This document shows positions 30,548 to 38,723 of a stretch of 62,568 nucleotides of DNA, one piece after another. The stretch lies in assembly GCA_016874975.1 (NCBI GenBank), contig VGSQ01000003.1:1-62568 (forward strand), given 5' to 3'. The translations under genes and the position numbers were made by a program. Within the stretch, counting starts at the first letter, position 1, and each line of letters opens with the position of its first letter. Source of the stretch: Deltaproteobacteria bacterium (GTDB lineage Bacteria > Desulfobacterota > Desulfobaccia > Desulfobaccales > 0-14-0-80-60-11). Under the pieces are notes generated by a model that was not told where the DNA came from, did no database searches, and worked only from the letters and a program-made list of their open reading frames with translations.

Positions 30548-31013
30548 GTCGGCCCCCTTCTGGCAGAGACGGTTTGAGGCGCATCTCACCGCCTGCGCGG
30601 ACTGCCGCCTGGAGACCGAAGAATTGCAGCAGGTGGTGGAACGGATAAAGGCGCACCCTCTGCCCGAACCGGAGCCCGCCTTCTGGGAGGCCTTTTCCCG
30701 GGAACTCCACCTCGAGCTGGCTCACGCCGTCCCTGAACCGGCGCCCCGCCGACCCTGGTTGCGCGTTCCCTACTACCTGCTGGGGGCCCCGGTGTTGGCG
30801 GTGCTGCTGCTGTGGTTCGCCTCCCACCTGACCCTGAAACCCACCCCCGTGCAAAACGCGGCCGTGGCTGCGGCCACGGACCAACTGGTATATGCCGGCA
30901 TGGATGACGGCCTCTGGCAGGGGGAGGAATTCCCCAGTTGGGACGTCAACGCCGTGGTGGCGGACCTCTCCGAGCATGAACGGGAGGTTCTGCTGAAAAG
31001 ATTGCGTTTTTAG
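30492..31013 (+). CDS. Anti-sigma factor (zf-HC2, single TM)
   Basis: ATG 30492 (RBS GAGGA). HLTACADC zinc-finger motif, TM YYLLGAPVLAVLLLWFASHL. Overlaps the sigma gene end by 56 nt. Confidence 0.8.
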   Translation: MKWRCALFQRWLPAYLDGESAPFWQRRFEAHLTACADCRLETEELQQVVERIKAHPLPEPEPAFWEAFSRELHLELAHAVPEPAPRRPWLRVPYYLLGAPVLAVLLLWFASHLTLKPTPVQNAAVAAATDQLVYAGMDDGLWQGEEFPSWDVNAVVADLSEHEREVLLKRLRF

Positions 31014-31025
31014 GAGACTGTTGCC

Positions 31026-31565
31026 ATGCGGCGCTGGCCCACCCTGGTGTTGGCAGGTCTGATGGTGCTCACCTGTGCCCCCCAAGCCTTTGCCTGGGCT
31101 TGGGCCCAGACTTCTTCCGCCTCTCTGGATCAGTTTCAGGAGGAGGCCAAGCGCACCCGGCTGGGGCCGGCCATCGGCGTGGACCAGCGCACCGTGGACC
31201 TCCTTATTCAGATCGATCGTCGCTACAAGCCCCTCAAGGCCAAATTGACCAGGGAGATGAGCAGCGACCTGCACCGGCTGCGGCAACTGCTGCAAAATCC
31301 CAACCCCGGCGAAGACGAGGTGCGCACCATCCTCCACGGCATGTTCCAGAAGCGCCAGGAAACATTGGCCCTGCAGCAGAAGCAACTGGAAGAGGAAATG
31401 GCCGTCCTCACCCCGGTGCAACAGGCCCGCTACCTCATCTTCCTCATGGGGCTGCGCCAGCAGATGGCCAAGGAGGCCTTGAACCTTCGGGGAGCTCCGG
31501 GAGGCTCCCGGCCGCCCCAGGGGGGGGCGGTGGGCGAGATTCCCGCGGTCCAGCCCTCCCGCTGA
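31026..31565 (+). CDS. Periplasmic CpxP/Spy-like (LTXXQ motif) protein, third gene of the ECF unit
   Basis: Signal peptide ...APQAFA, helical, LTPVQQARY motif. Confidence 0.55.
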   Translation: MRRWPTLVLAGLMVLTCAPQAFAWAWAQTSSASLDQFQEEAKRTRLGPAIGVDQRTVDLLIQIDRRYKPLKAKLTREMSSDLHRLRQLLQNPNPGEDEVRTILHGMFQKRQETLALQQKQLEEEMAVLTPVQQARYLIFLMGLRQQMAKEALNLRGAPGGSRPPQGGAVGEIPAVQPSR

Positions 31566-31854
31566 CCTGCCCGGTTTCCTTTACCATCCCAGGACCGGGG
31601 GATAACCGCCGCCCCAACGGTCACCGGCCGCCCCATGCCGCCGGTCGGCGCCCGGCCCACCTTTTCTTTTTTTGCCTGAAAGCTGACAGCCGACGACCGA
31701 AAGCCGTTTTCATATGAAAGCCTGCGGCTGCCTTTGTTGTCTGCTCCGAAAAGTTTTTTGTAGGGTGCGCACTGCGCACCGTAAGGATGCTTAACTTTTC
31801 ATAATTTATGGGTGAGCCCCAGGCTCATGAGCAACTGTCTTGAAAAGTCCTTCC

Positions 31855-31960
31855 GTAGGGTGCGCACCGCGCACCATTGCCAGGCGCTGGCGGCGGGCAG
31901 GGACGCCCGCCCCACCGGCCTTTTCATGGGTTACGGGTGGGCCAAGGGCCCAGGCGCGAC
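31855..31960. repeat. ~105-nt composite three-hairpin repeat (copy A)
   Basis: GGTGCGCACCGCGCACC ... GGCGGGCAGGGACGCCCGCC ... TGGGCCAAGGGCCCA. Alignable end to end with 38121..38221. A partial copy lies at 31760-31782. Confidence 0.8.
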
Positions 31961-32102
31961 TGTTTTCACATTGACCTGCAACACACCTCGCAATCGGATG
32001 ATAGTAACCTGGGGAAGGTTCACGAACCGCCCCTGCCAAAAAGTTTGTTGCAAGTAAAGCGTAAAATGGTATTAATCCGCAAAACTCTCTCTTTGACGTT
32101 GA

Positions 32103-32573
32103 ATGGGGATGAGACGCCACTATCCTGACCAGCCCGTGGTGGGTGTAGCGGCGGTGGTCTTCCGGGGGGAGGAGGTGCTGCTGGTGCGGCGGGGGCAGGA
32201 GCCCGCCCGGGGGGTGTGGAGCCTGCCCGGCGGGGCGGTGGAGGTGGGGGAGACGCTGGCCCAGGCCGTGGTGCGGGAAGTCCGGGAGGAAACGGGCCTG
32301 GTGGTGGAGGTTCTGGGGATCACCGCCGTCCTGGAGCGCCTTTACCGGGATGATGCGGGGGGCTTCCCCTATCACTACGTGCTCATCGACTTTGCCTGCC
32401 GGGTCCGGGAAGGCGAGCTGCAACCGGCGTCGGACATCGACGCCGCCTGTTTCGCGCCGGTGGCCGCCTTGGACGACTTTCACCTGCCGCCTTTCACCGC
32501 CCAGGTCATCCGCCGGGCCGTGCGCCAGCTTCAACAACAGGCCTTTCTGCCCCTGCTGCCCGATGATGCATGA
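32103..32573 (+). CDS. NUDIX hydrolase
   Basis: Nudix box GGAVEVGETLAQAVVREVREETGL. Confidence 0.9.
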   Translation: MGMRRHYPDQPVVGVAAVVFRGEEVLLVRRGQEPARGVWSLPGGAVEVGETLAQAVVREVREETGLVVEVLGITAVLERLYRDDAGGFPYHYVLIDFACRVREGELQPASDIDAACFAPVAALDDFHLPPFTAQVIRRAVRQLQQQAFLPLLPDDA

Positions 32574-32663
32574 CCAGGGCGGCGCGGCGGTTTGCCGCCG
32601 CGCCTGTTTTGGTAAGAAACGCCATGGCCCCAGGTTCTCCTTGGTTTTGCCGCGAACCTGGTA

Positions 32664-33062
32664 TCAGGGCGTAAAGAAGAGCACCAGGCGATTTTTGCGG
32701 TCCGCGGTGCGGTAGTAGATGAGGCTGTCGGCCAGTTGTTGCAGGTCTACCAGGGGCGGGGAGGAGACGTTGGCGCCGGCCGGGGGTTTGGTATTCAGGC
32801 TGGTGGGGTTGTAGGGCGGGGCGTCGTCTTCGAACATGAGGCGCACCCGTGCCCCTTTCTCATCTAGAGACACGGTGATGGAGCCGGGCTGGTCCGGTTC
32901 GTAGGCCTGGTTCACCAGGTGGCGGAAAATCTTCCCCGCCACCATCTTCAAGGCATTGATCCGATTCTGGGAGAAACCCCGCTCCCGGGCCCACCGCGCG
33001 ATGTAATCCTGGAGCAGCTTCAGGTTTTCCAGACGGTTGCTCACCGTCAGGCGCTCGGTCAT
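32664..33062 (-). CDS. RsbW/SpoIIAB-like anti-sigma regulatory factor (HATPase_c-type Ser kinase)
   Basis: 132 aa. Family-typical N-terminus LENLKLLQDYIARWARERGFS... and SITVSLDEKGARVRLMFEDDAPPYNP. Confidence 0.6.
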   Translation of the reverse strand: MTERLTVSNRLENLKLLQDYIARWARERGFSQNRINALKMVAGKIFRHLVNQAYEPDQPGSITVSLDEKGARVRLMFEDDAPPYNPTSLNTKPPAGANVSSPPLVDLQQLADSLIYYRTADRKNRLVLFFTP

Positions 33063-33069
33063 GGGCCGC

Positions 33070-33654
33070 TCATCCTTCCCCGCCGGGACGGGTCCGGGTT
33101 TCCCCCGGTGCAGACTGCGCCTGGGCCGCCGGGGCGTACCGGTCCCGCTCGCTGTAGATGCAGCCGCAGTAGGGCTGCCGGTAGAGCTTCAGCTCCCGGC
33201 CGGCGGCCACCCCCTCCTGCCAGCCCTCCCGGAAATCCTGGTAGTGGAACGGCACCCCCCAGTCCTGCGCCAGCGCCTCCCCCAGCTCCCGGATGAGCCC
33301 GTGGTTCTGGTACTTGCTGTAGAGCAGCGTGCTGCTGAAGGCGTCGAAGCCGCCCTCCCGGGCCGCTTGCGCCGCCGCGGCCAGGCGCAGGCGATAGCAG
33401 AAGCGGCAACGCTCCGCCTCCCGGAAGACCATGAGGCGCAGGAATTCCTCCAGGGCATACTCCCGCCGCCAGAGCACCGGGAGCCCCGAGCTTCGGGCAT
33501 ATTCCTCCAACGCCGCCACCCGCCGGGCAAACTCCTGGTAGGGGTGGATATTGGGGTTATGGAAAAATCCCACCACCTCGTGCCCGGCGCTTCTGAGCAC
33601 CCGGTGCGGATAGATGGCGCACGGCCCGCAGCAGATGTGGAGCAGGATTTTCAT
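33070..33654 (-). CDS. queH: Epoxyqueuosine reductase QueH (DUF208)
   Basis: MKILLHICCGPC..., CRFCYRLRL, YCGCIYSE cysteine motifs. Confidence 0.88.
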   Translation of the reverse strand: MKILLHICCGPCAIYPHRVLRSAGHEVVGFFHNPNIHPYQEFARRVAALEEYARSSGLPVLWRREYALEEFLRLMVFREAERCRFCYRLRLAAAAQAAREGGFDAFSSTLLYSKYQNHGLIRELGEALAQDWGVPFHYQDFREGWQEGVAAGRELKLYRQPYCGCIYSERDRYAPAAQAQSAPGETRTRPGGEG

Positions 33655-33883
33655 ATCATTTATTTTGAGGAAGGGGGCCGGGGAGTCGGTGGCGCAGGCT
33701 TTCCAGCCTGCGCCCCTTGTGTCCCCCCGCCGGCTCCCTCCCCCACCCCCTTAAGGCTTGCTGTAGGGGCGGTTCGCGAACCGCTCCTAGGCGAGGCGGA
33801 GAGAGGAATCTCAATGAAAAGACTCACCGGCGGGACGCCGGCGCCACCAGCGCCTTCCCAGGTCCCGGCGTTTCCCCCCAACC

Positions 33884-33911
33884 CAAACCCTGACACCTGA
33901 CAACTGGCACC
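33884..33911. repeat. Heptanucleotide tandem array (CAAACCC TGACACC TGACAAC TGGCACC)
   Basis: Read directly. Lies 27 nt 3' of the sucD stop. Confidence 0.75.
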
Positions 33912-33937
33912 TTTCTCCGCGCCCTCCCCCCACCGAC

Positions 33938-34810
33938 TCAATACTTCATCACCGCCTTCACCGTCTCCCCCAGGGTGGCGATAGTGGGGGTGACGGTGAC
34001 GCCGGCCGCAGTCAGGGCCGCGATCTTGTCACTGGCCTTGCCGCTCCCGCCGGCGATGATGGCCCCCGCGTGGCCCATGCGTTTGCCCGGCGGCGCGGTC
34101 TGCCCGGCGATGAAGGCCACCACCGGTTTACTCACCTTGGCCTGGATGAAGGCCGCGGCCTCTTCCTCTGCGGTGCCGCCGATCTCCCCGATGAGCACGA
34201 TGCCCTTGGTTTCGGGGTCGGCCTGGAAAAGCTCCAGCATGTCGATGAAGTTGGTGCCGATGATGGGGTCCCCGCCGATGCCCACGCAGGTGGACTGGCC
34301 CATGTCCAGCAGGGTCAGTTGGTAGACCGCTTCATAGGTGAGGGTGCCGCTTCTCGACACCAGGCCGATGGGGCCGGGCTTATGGATGTGCCCCGGCATG
34401 ATGCCCACCTTGGCCTGGCCCGGCGAGATGATGCCCGGGCAGTTGGGGCCGATGAGGCGGGCGCCCGCGCCCTTAAGCGCGTCCATCACCTGCACCATCT
34501 CGAGCGTCGGGATGCCTTCGGTGATGCAGACGATGACCTTGATGCCCGCGGCCGCAGCCTCCAGAATCGCGTCCGCGGCAAAGGCCGGCGGCACGAAGAT
34601 CAGGGCCGTGTTGGCCCCCGCGCCGCTCACCGCCTGGGCCACGGTGTTGAACACCGGGATGTCGTCCACCTGCTGGCCGCCCTTCCCCGGCGTCACCCCG
34701 GCCACCACCCGGGTGCCGTAGTCCCGACAGGCCCGGGCATGAAACGAACCTTCCTTGCCGGTGATGCCCTGCACCACCACCCGCGTGTTGTGGTCAACCA
34801 GAACGCTCAT
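33938..34810 (-). CDS. sucD: Succinyl-CoA synthetase alpha subunit
   Basis: [24 protein letters not shown]..., catalytic MGHAGAII. The ATG overlaps the methyltransferase stop (ATGA). Confidence 0.97.
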   Translation of the reverse strand: MSVLVDHNTRVVVQGITGKEGSFHARACRDYGTRVVAGVTPGKGGQQVDDIPVFNTVAQAVSGAGANTALIFVPPAFAADAILEAAAAGIKVIVCITEGIPTLEMVQVMDALKGAGARLIGPNCPGIISPGQAKVGIMPGHIHKPGPIGLVSRSGTLTYEAVYQLTLLDMGQSTCVGIGGDPIIGTNFIDMLELFQADPETKGIVLIGEIGGTAEEEAAAFIQAKVSKPVVAFIAGQTAPPGKRMGHAGAIIAGGSGKASDKIAALTAAGVTVTPTIATLGETVKAVMKY

Positions 34811-35757
34811 ACCATTCCTTCCATGGAAAGGGATTTTTCATCGAAAAGCTTGGGTGATTGATATTCTCTGAGGAATTTCGTGATCCTCTTGTTTGCCAGT
34901 CTGACATATTCGGGGTCTACTTCATAACCCACATAGTTCCGTCCGGCCTTGAGCGCGGCGACGGCCGTGCTCCCGCTCCCCATGAAGGGGTCCAGGACCA
35001 CTTCGCCGGCATAGGTGTAGAGCTGGATGAGGCGGTAGGGCAGCTCCACCGGGAAGGGCGCGGGGTGGCCCACCTTGCGGGCCGACTCCGCCCCGAAGGT
35101 CCAGACACTCTTGGTGTATTCTAAAAACTCTTCCTTGGAGATGGTACTTGCCCTCTTTTCCGGGTTGGGCCGGGAGAAGGCCCCCTTGGAGAAGACCAGG
35201 ATGTATTCGTGCACGTCCCTGAGCGTGGGGTTGCCCGGGGATTTCCAGCTCCCCCAGGCCGTGGAGGCGGCGGCGGAGGCGCCCTTGTCCCAGATGATCT
35301 CCCCCCGCATGAGGAAGCCCAGATCCAGCATGTCCCGGATGATGTAGGCGTGCAGCGGGATGTAGGGCTTGCGCCCCAGGTTGGCCACATTCACGCAGGC
35401 CCGGCCGCCTGGGACCAGAACCCGGTGCACCTCCCGCCACACCCGTTTCAGGAACTCCAGGTACTGGTCCAACGTGAAATCTTCGTCATACTCCTTGCCC
35501 ACGTTGTAAGGGGGCGAGGTGACCATGAGGTGGACGCATGAATCTTGTAATTCCATCATGTCTTCAGATGATTTGCAAAAATTCTTGTTTATAATTTCTA
35601 TTTGGATCTTGTTTTCAATGTATTCGCATTTTCTCTCTTGTGGCAATCCTTCATACAATTTTCCTGAATAAAAACGAGATGAATCATGACCAATTCTTCC
35701 TGAAGAACCAAACGAGCTCGTTTGAGTCCCCATTTTTTTGTTCTTAATTTTAGCCAT
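34807..35757 (-). CDS. Beta-class N4-cytosine/N6-adenine DNA methyltransferase (N4/N6 MTase family)
   Basis: Motif IV TSPPY precedes the AdoMet motif DPFMGSGST (beta order). ATG 35757 overlaps the upstream stop (TAATG). Confidence 0.9.
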   Translation of the reverse strand: MAKIKNKKMGTQTSSFGSSGRIGHDSSRFYSGKLYEGLPQERKCEYIENKIQIEIINKNFCKSSEDMMELQDSCVHLMVTSPPYNVGKEYDEDFTLDQYLEFLKRVWREVHRVLVPGGRACVNVANLGRKPYIPLHAYIIRDMLDLGFLMRGEIIWDKGASAAASTAWGSWKSPGNPTLRDVHEYILVFSKGAFSRPNPEKRASTISKEEFLEYTKSVWTFGAESARKVGHPAPFPVELPYRLIQLYTYAGEVVLDPFMGSGSTAVAALKAGRNYVGYEVDPEYVRLANKRITKFLREYQSPKLFDEKSLSMEGMV

Positions 35758-36401
35758 TAGTTTTCTCTCCAGTAATCCACCCATCTTTGGTAAGGGTTAA
35801 GTTTGACTTGTGGCTTTTCCCAATTAATATCTATTTTAAGAGTCCCCTTTGTTTTAAGTAGAATTGTCATGGCTTCCTTTGTAAATTCTACACCTCTTGG
35901 ATTTGTCCCTGCTTTTGGAAGCTTAATATATGAATTACGCCCCATTTTCATAAAAACTTCCTTCTAAGTATCTAAGGGGACATAGTAAACACCACCGCTT
36001 TCATTCCAAGTGATATGGATAAATAATATATCACAGGTAGGAACATAATTATCTCGGAATTCATTAGCCTTTATGGGATCTACAGTCCATATAAGTTTAA
36101 CTCCGGCAAATGTTTTATTGGATATTGTTTTAATAGATATTGGTATCCCAAATAAATGCACATCTACTTCTGGCTCAGTGATTCGAATTTCAGTCATCAC
36201 ATTTTCTTCGCCAAATCTATAGATTAATAGTGCTATGATAATATTTTCTCGTAGCGAGCCAACCTGCATCCCAATTTTGCCAGCCCTAGAACTCTTCATC
36301 TCGGCCAGATGAAAAAGAATGGGCAATTTTCTCTTAATTTTAGCGACTAATTCAATATCTTCAAACATTTCTTTAAGTCTTCCAGCCACATGAGTCTCCA
36401 A
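35757..36401 (-). pseudogene. Putative type II restriction endonuclease gene split by one in-frame TAG
   Basis: ORFs 35964..36401 (145 aa) and 35757..35951 (64 aa) share a frame. Only TAG (35966-35964) separates ...VYYVPLDT from KEVFMKMGRN.... AT-rich, immediately upstream of the MTase, with a possible PD-(D/E)xK-like EVDV...ISIK. Confidence 0.5.
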
Positions 36402-36657
36402 TATAATTACCGCAATTGTTAAAGATGGTTGCGCTAATAGGCGCTGGTGCGGGTGCCGGGTTTGCCGGATTTGGTCTTCATGGCCGCGCTACCAAGATTT
36501 TTTTCTCATGTGGGACACCCTGCCCCTCGGGCGTCCGCAGAGCCGTGAGGCCGTAGGGCGGGAAAGCGAAGCGCCTCCCGCCGTTTGCCTGGTCAGACTC
36601 AGACTTCAAAGGGTGTTTTGCATAAAACTGCTGCCATCCGGCCGCCGCCCCCCGTGC

Positions 36658-36710
36658 TCCGAAGCAGGAGCTTCGGGGGCAAGTGGGTTCCCAAGCAGGA
36701 GCTTGGGAAC
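36658..36710. repeat. 53-nt double-hairpin REP element (second copy)
   Basis: One mismatch compared with 22078..22130. Confidence 0.9.
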
Positions 36711-36720
36711 CAGGGTTAAT

Positions 36721-36793
36721 CCAGAACCCAGAATCCAGAACCCAGAACCCAGAACCCAGAACCCACCCCCCCTGGCACCTGGCACCTGACACC
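36721..36793. repeat. Two abutting heptanucleotide arrays: (CCAGAAC)x6 then (TGRCACC)x3
   Basis: Read directly. Ends 7 nt from the stop codon of the 36800..37228 gene. Confidence 0.9.
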
Positions 36794-36799
36794 TGTCTC

Positions 36800-37228
36800 T
36801 CAGCGCGGTTTGCGGCGCATGAGGGGTCTGCCGGCGTCGTCCCGCAGTTGCATCACCTGGGCGCCCTTGCGCACCTCGGCGGCGATGATCAGAGGCCTCC
36901 CCCGGAAGGTCACCCGGGAGCCCTTCACCGACACCGGATCGCCCACCGCGGGCTGATAAGGCATTTTGTCGATGAAGCGGGACGGTCCCAGGAAGACGAG
37001 GATGTTCTCTTTTTCCGTCTGGAGCATAAAGCCTTTGAATTCCTGGGCGCCCTTCCGCTTGGGAGTCACCTTTTCCACCTTCACCACCTGGCCGTTGAGG
37101 ACCTCCACGGTCTGGGGGTTATAGAGTCTGGCAGGGCCGGACCCGTCGGCGAGGGGTTGGGCCGGGGTCGGGCCGGCGCCCGATAACATGAGTCCCACTA
37201 TTGCCAGGACGCTGATCAGATGTCGCAC
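36800..37228 (-). CDS. Secreted small beta-rich protein, paralog 1 (unknown function)
   Basis: Signal peptide MRHLISVLAIVGLMLSGAG. Shares LGP...VGD.V.VKGSRV...G.PLIIA..V.KG...L.LRDD.G.P with 37653..38090. Confidence 0.75.
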   Translation of the reverse strand: MRHLISVLAIVGLMLSGAGPTPAQPLADGSGPARLYNPQTVEVLNGQVVKVEKVTPKRKGAQEFKGFMLQTEKENILVFLGPSRFIDKMPYQPAVGDPVSVKGSRVTFRGRPLIIAAEVRKGAQVMQLRDDAGRPLMRRKPR

Positions 37229-37552
37229 TTGGCGCTCCTTTCTGCGATTGCCATGACTCCCGAGGGGCTTTGCGGTGAATCAGGAAAAGTTGCCGACAAT
37301 CGTTGATGAGCCTGCGGCTCTCTCCAAAAGGAAAAAAAGTCGTGGTGGGGCAGGCTTCCAGCCCGCGCCGGGACACCCGGGGGCGGGTGTCCTGCACAAA
37401 ACAACCCGAAATTCTTCCGATCCGGGTGGGCCCGGCCCTGCGGCCCCACCAAGGGCCAGGAAAAGATTCCCTTGGGGATTTGAGTGTCTTGCGGGGATAA
37501 ATGTTGCACGCAAGAACACAGATTCGCCAAAGATTTTTTCAGGTCGTGAGCC

Positions 37553-37600
37553 TGAAACCCGGAACCCGGAACCTAAAACCTGGAACCGAGAACTTGCACC
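37553..37600. repeat. Heptanucleotide tandem array (TGAAACC CGGAACC CGGAACC TAAAACC TGGAACC GAGAACT)
   Basis: Read directly. Lies 53 nt 3' of the paralog-2 stop. Confidence 0.85.
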
Positions 37601-37652
37601 AAGGCCGGTTGTCCTCCAGGGTCTTACGGGAAATTTTCAGGTCAACGAACTC

Positions 37653-38090
37653 CTATTGGGGCCCGCCGCGCCAGCGGGGCACCCCCTGGTCGTCCCGCAG
37701 CTCCAGGGTCTGTTCGCCCTTCTTGACGTGCATGGCGATGATGAGTGGTTTCCCTTCCATCATCACTCGGGAGCCCTTGACCTCCACTTGGTCGCCGACG
37801 GTCAGCTTGACGCCGCTCCGGTCCACATGCCAGGCGGGGCCCAGGTAGACCAGGAGGGATTCCTTGTCGGTCTTCAGGGTCAGGGTCATGCGGCCGGGCA
37901 GGTCGGTGCGGCCCGACTCTACGGTGCTGACCGCGGTCAATTCGCCTTTAAGGGTCTCCACCGTCTTGGGGTCGAACATCCTGACCAAGGGGCCGGCGCC
38001 GCCACCCACCCCCTGCGCCTGGGCCGATAAAGGCTCCAGGCCGGGGAGGAGCAGGAGCACGGCTGCGACTGCCAGAAACCGATGTGGCAT
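37653..38090 (-). CDS. Secreted small beta-rich protein, paralog 2 (unknown function)
   Basis: ATG 38090 gives signal MPHRFLAVAAVLLLLPGLEPLSAQA. Collinear similarity to paralog 1. Confidence 0.75.
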   Translation of the reverse strand: MPHRFLAVAAVLLLLPGLEPLSAQAQGVGGGAGPLVRMFDPKTVETLKGELTAVSTVESGRTDLPGRMTLTLKTDKESLLVYLGPAWHVDRSGVKLTVGDQVEVKGSRVMMEGKPLIIAMHVKKGEQTLELRDDQGVPRWRGGPQ

Positions 38091-38120
38091 GAGCGTTTCC
38101 TCTGTTCCGCGAGGTTGTTC

Positions 38121-38221
38121 CCCAGGGTGCGCACCGCACACCGATGCCGGGGGTCGGCGGCGGGCAGAGCCCGCCACAGCACTTTTCAGGTTTTACGGGT
38201 GGGCCCGCGGCCCAGGCGCGA
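38121..38221. repeat. ~105-nt composite three-hairpin repeat (copy B)
   Basis: Same orientation and hairpin order as 31855..31960. Confidence 0.8.
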
Positions 38222-38273
38222 CAGCTTCCGGAATATCCGGTTATGGTATCTGACCCGGTTCCGGCCGGCGACG

Positions 38274-38696
38274 TTAGGTTCCGGTTACCCGGACCGCCGG
38301 GTTGGCGGCGCGCAGCCGGGTGATGAATTCATGCATGCCGGTGGTCTGGGCGAACAGATAGATGACGCCCCCCCGGTGTTTGAGGCGGAGAAATCCTGCC
38401 CAGATGAACATCCCGCTGATGCTGACGATATCCTGGGGATTCACCCGGGTGGTCCCCAGGAACCGGTGGAACTCGATGGCCCCCCCCTCTTCCCACCTGA
38501 TGGCATAGGGGAGGCGGCCGAAGGCGTACCAGTTGTAGGCCAGGATCACCAGCCAGGCGAGAGCGAACCACAAGGGCGGCCCCGGGCCGTCGTGCAGGAA
38601 CGTCAGCAGCAGGATGGCCGCGCCGCCCAGGGTGAGGAGGAGCAAAAGGGCGAAGCTGACTCCATACAGCGAACGGGCCACCTGCCAGTGCGTCAT
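38274..38696 (-). CDS. Small membrane protein (two N-terminal TM helices plus a soluble C-domain), unknown function
   Basis: 140 aa. Starts 27 nt after the sucC stop. Confidence 0.6.
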   Translation of the reverse strand: MTHWQVARSLYGVSFALLLLLTLGGAAILLLTFLHDGPGPPLWFALAWLVILAYNWYAFGRLPYAIRWEEGGAIEFHRFLGTTRVNPQDIVSISGMFIWAGFLRLKHRGGVIYLFAQTTGMHEFITRLRAANPAVRVTGT

Positions 38697-38723
38697 CTCC
38701 CCACCTCCTGGGGGGTGCGGGTT

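Noticed and set aside
36478-36792. ORFs translating repeat clusters (36478..36792, 36508..36789, 36683..37186, 22010..22222, 48483..48806, 1380..1850, 33660..33941)
   Set aside because: They are composed of back-to-back REP hairpins and heptamer arrays. The peptide sequences (AWEPG, PEPRTQNPEP, SRTAPT) simply mirror the repeats.
36721-36793. Possible CRISPR array suggested by regularly spaced repeats
   Set aside because: The units are 7 nt with no spacers, and there are no cas genes in the window. This is a microsatellite-like array, not CRISPR.
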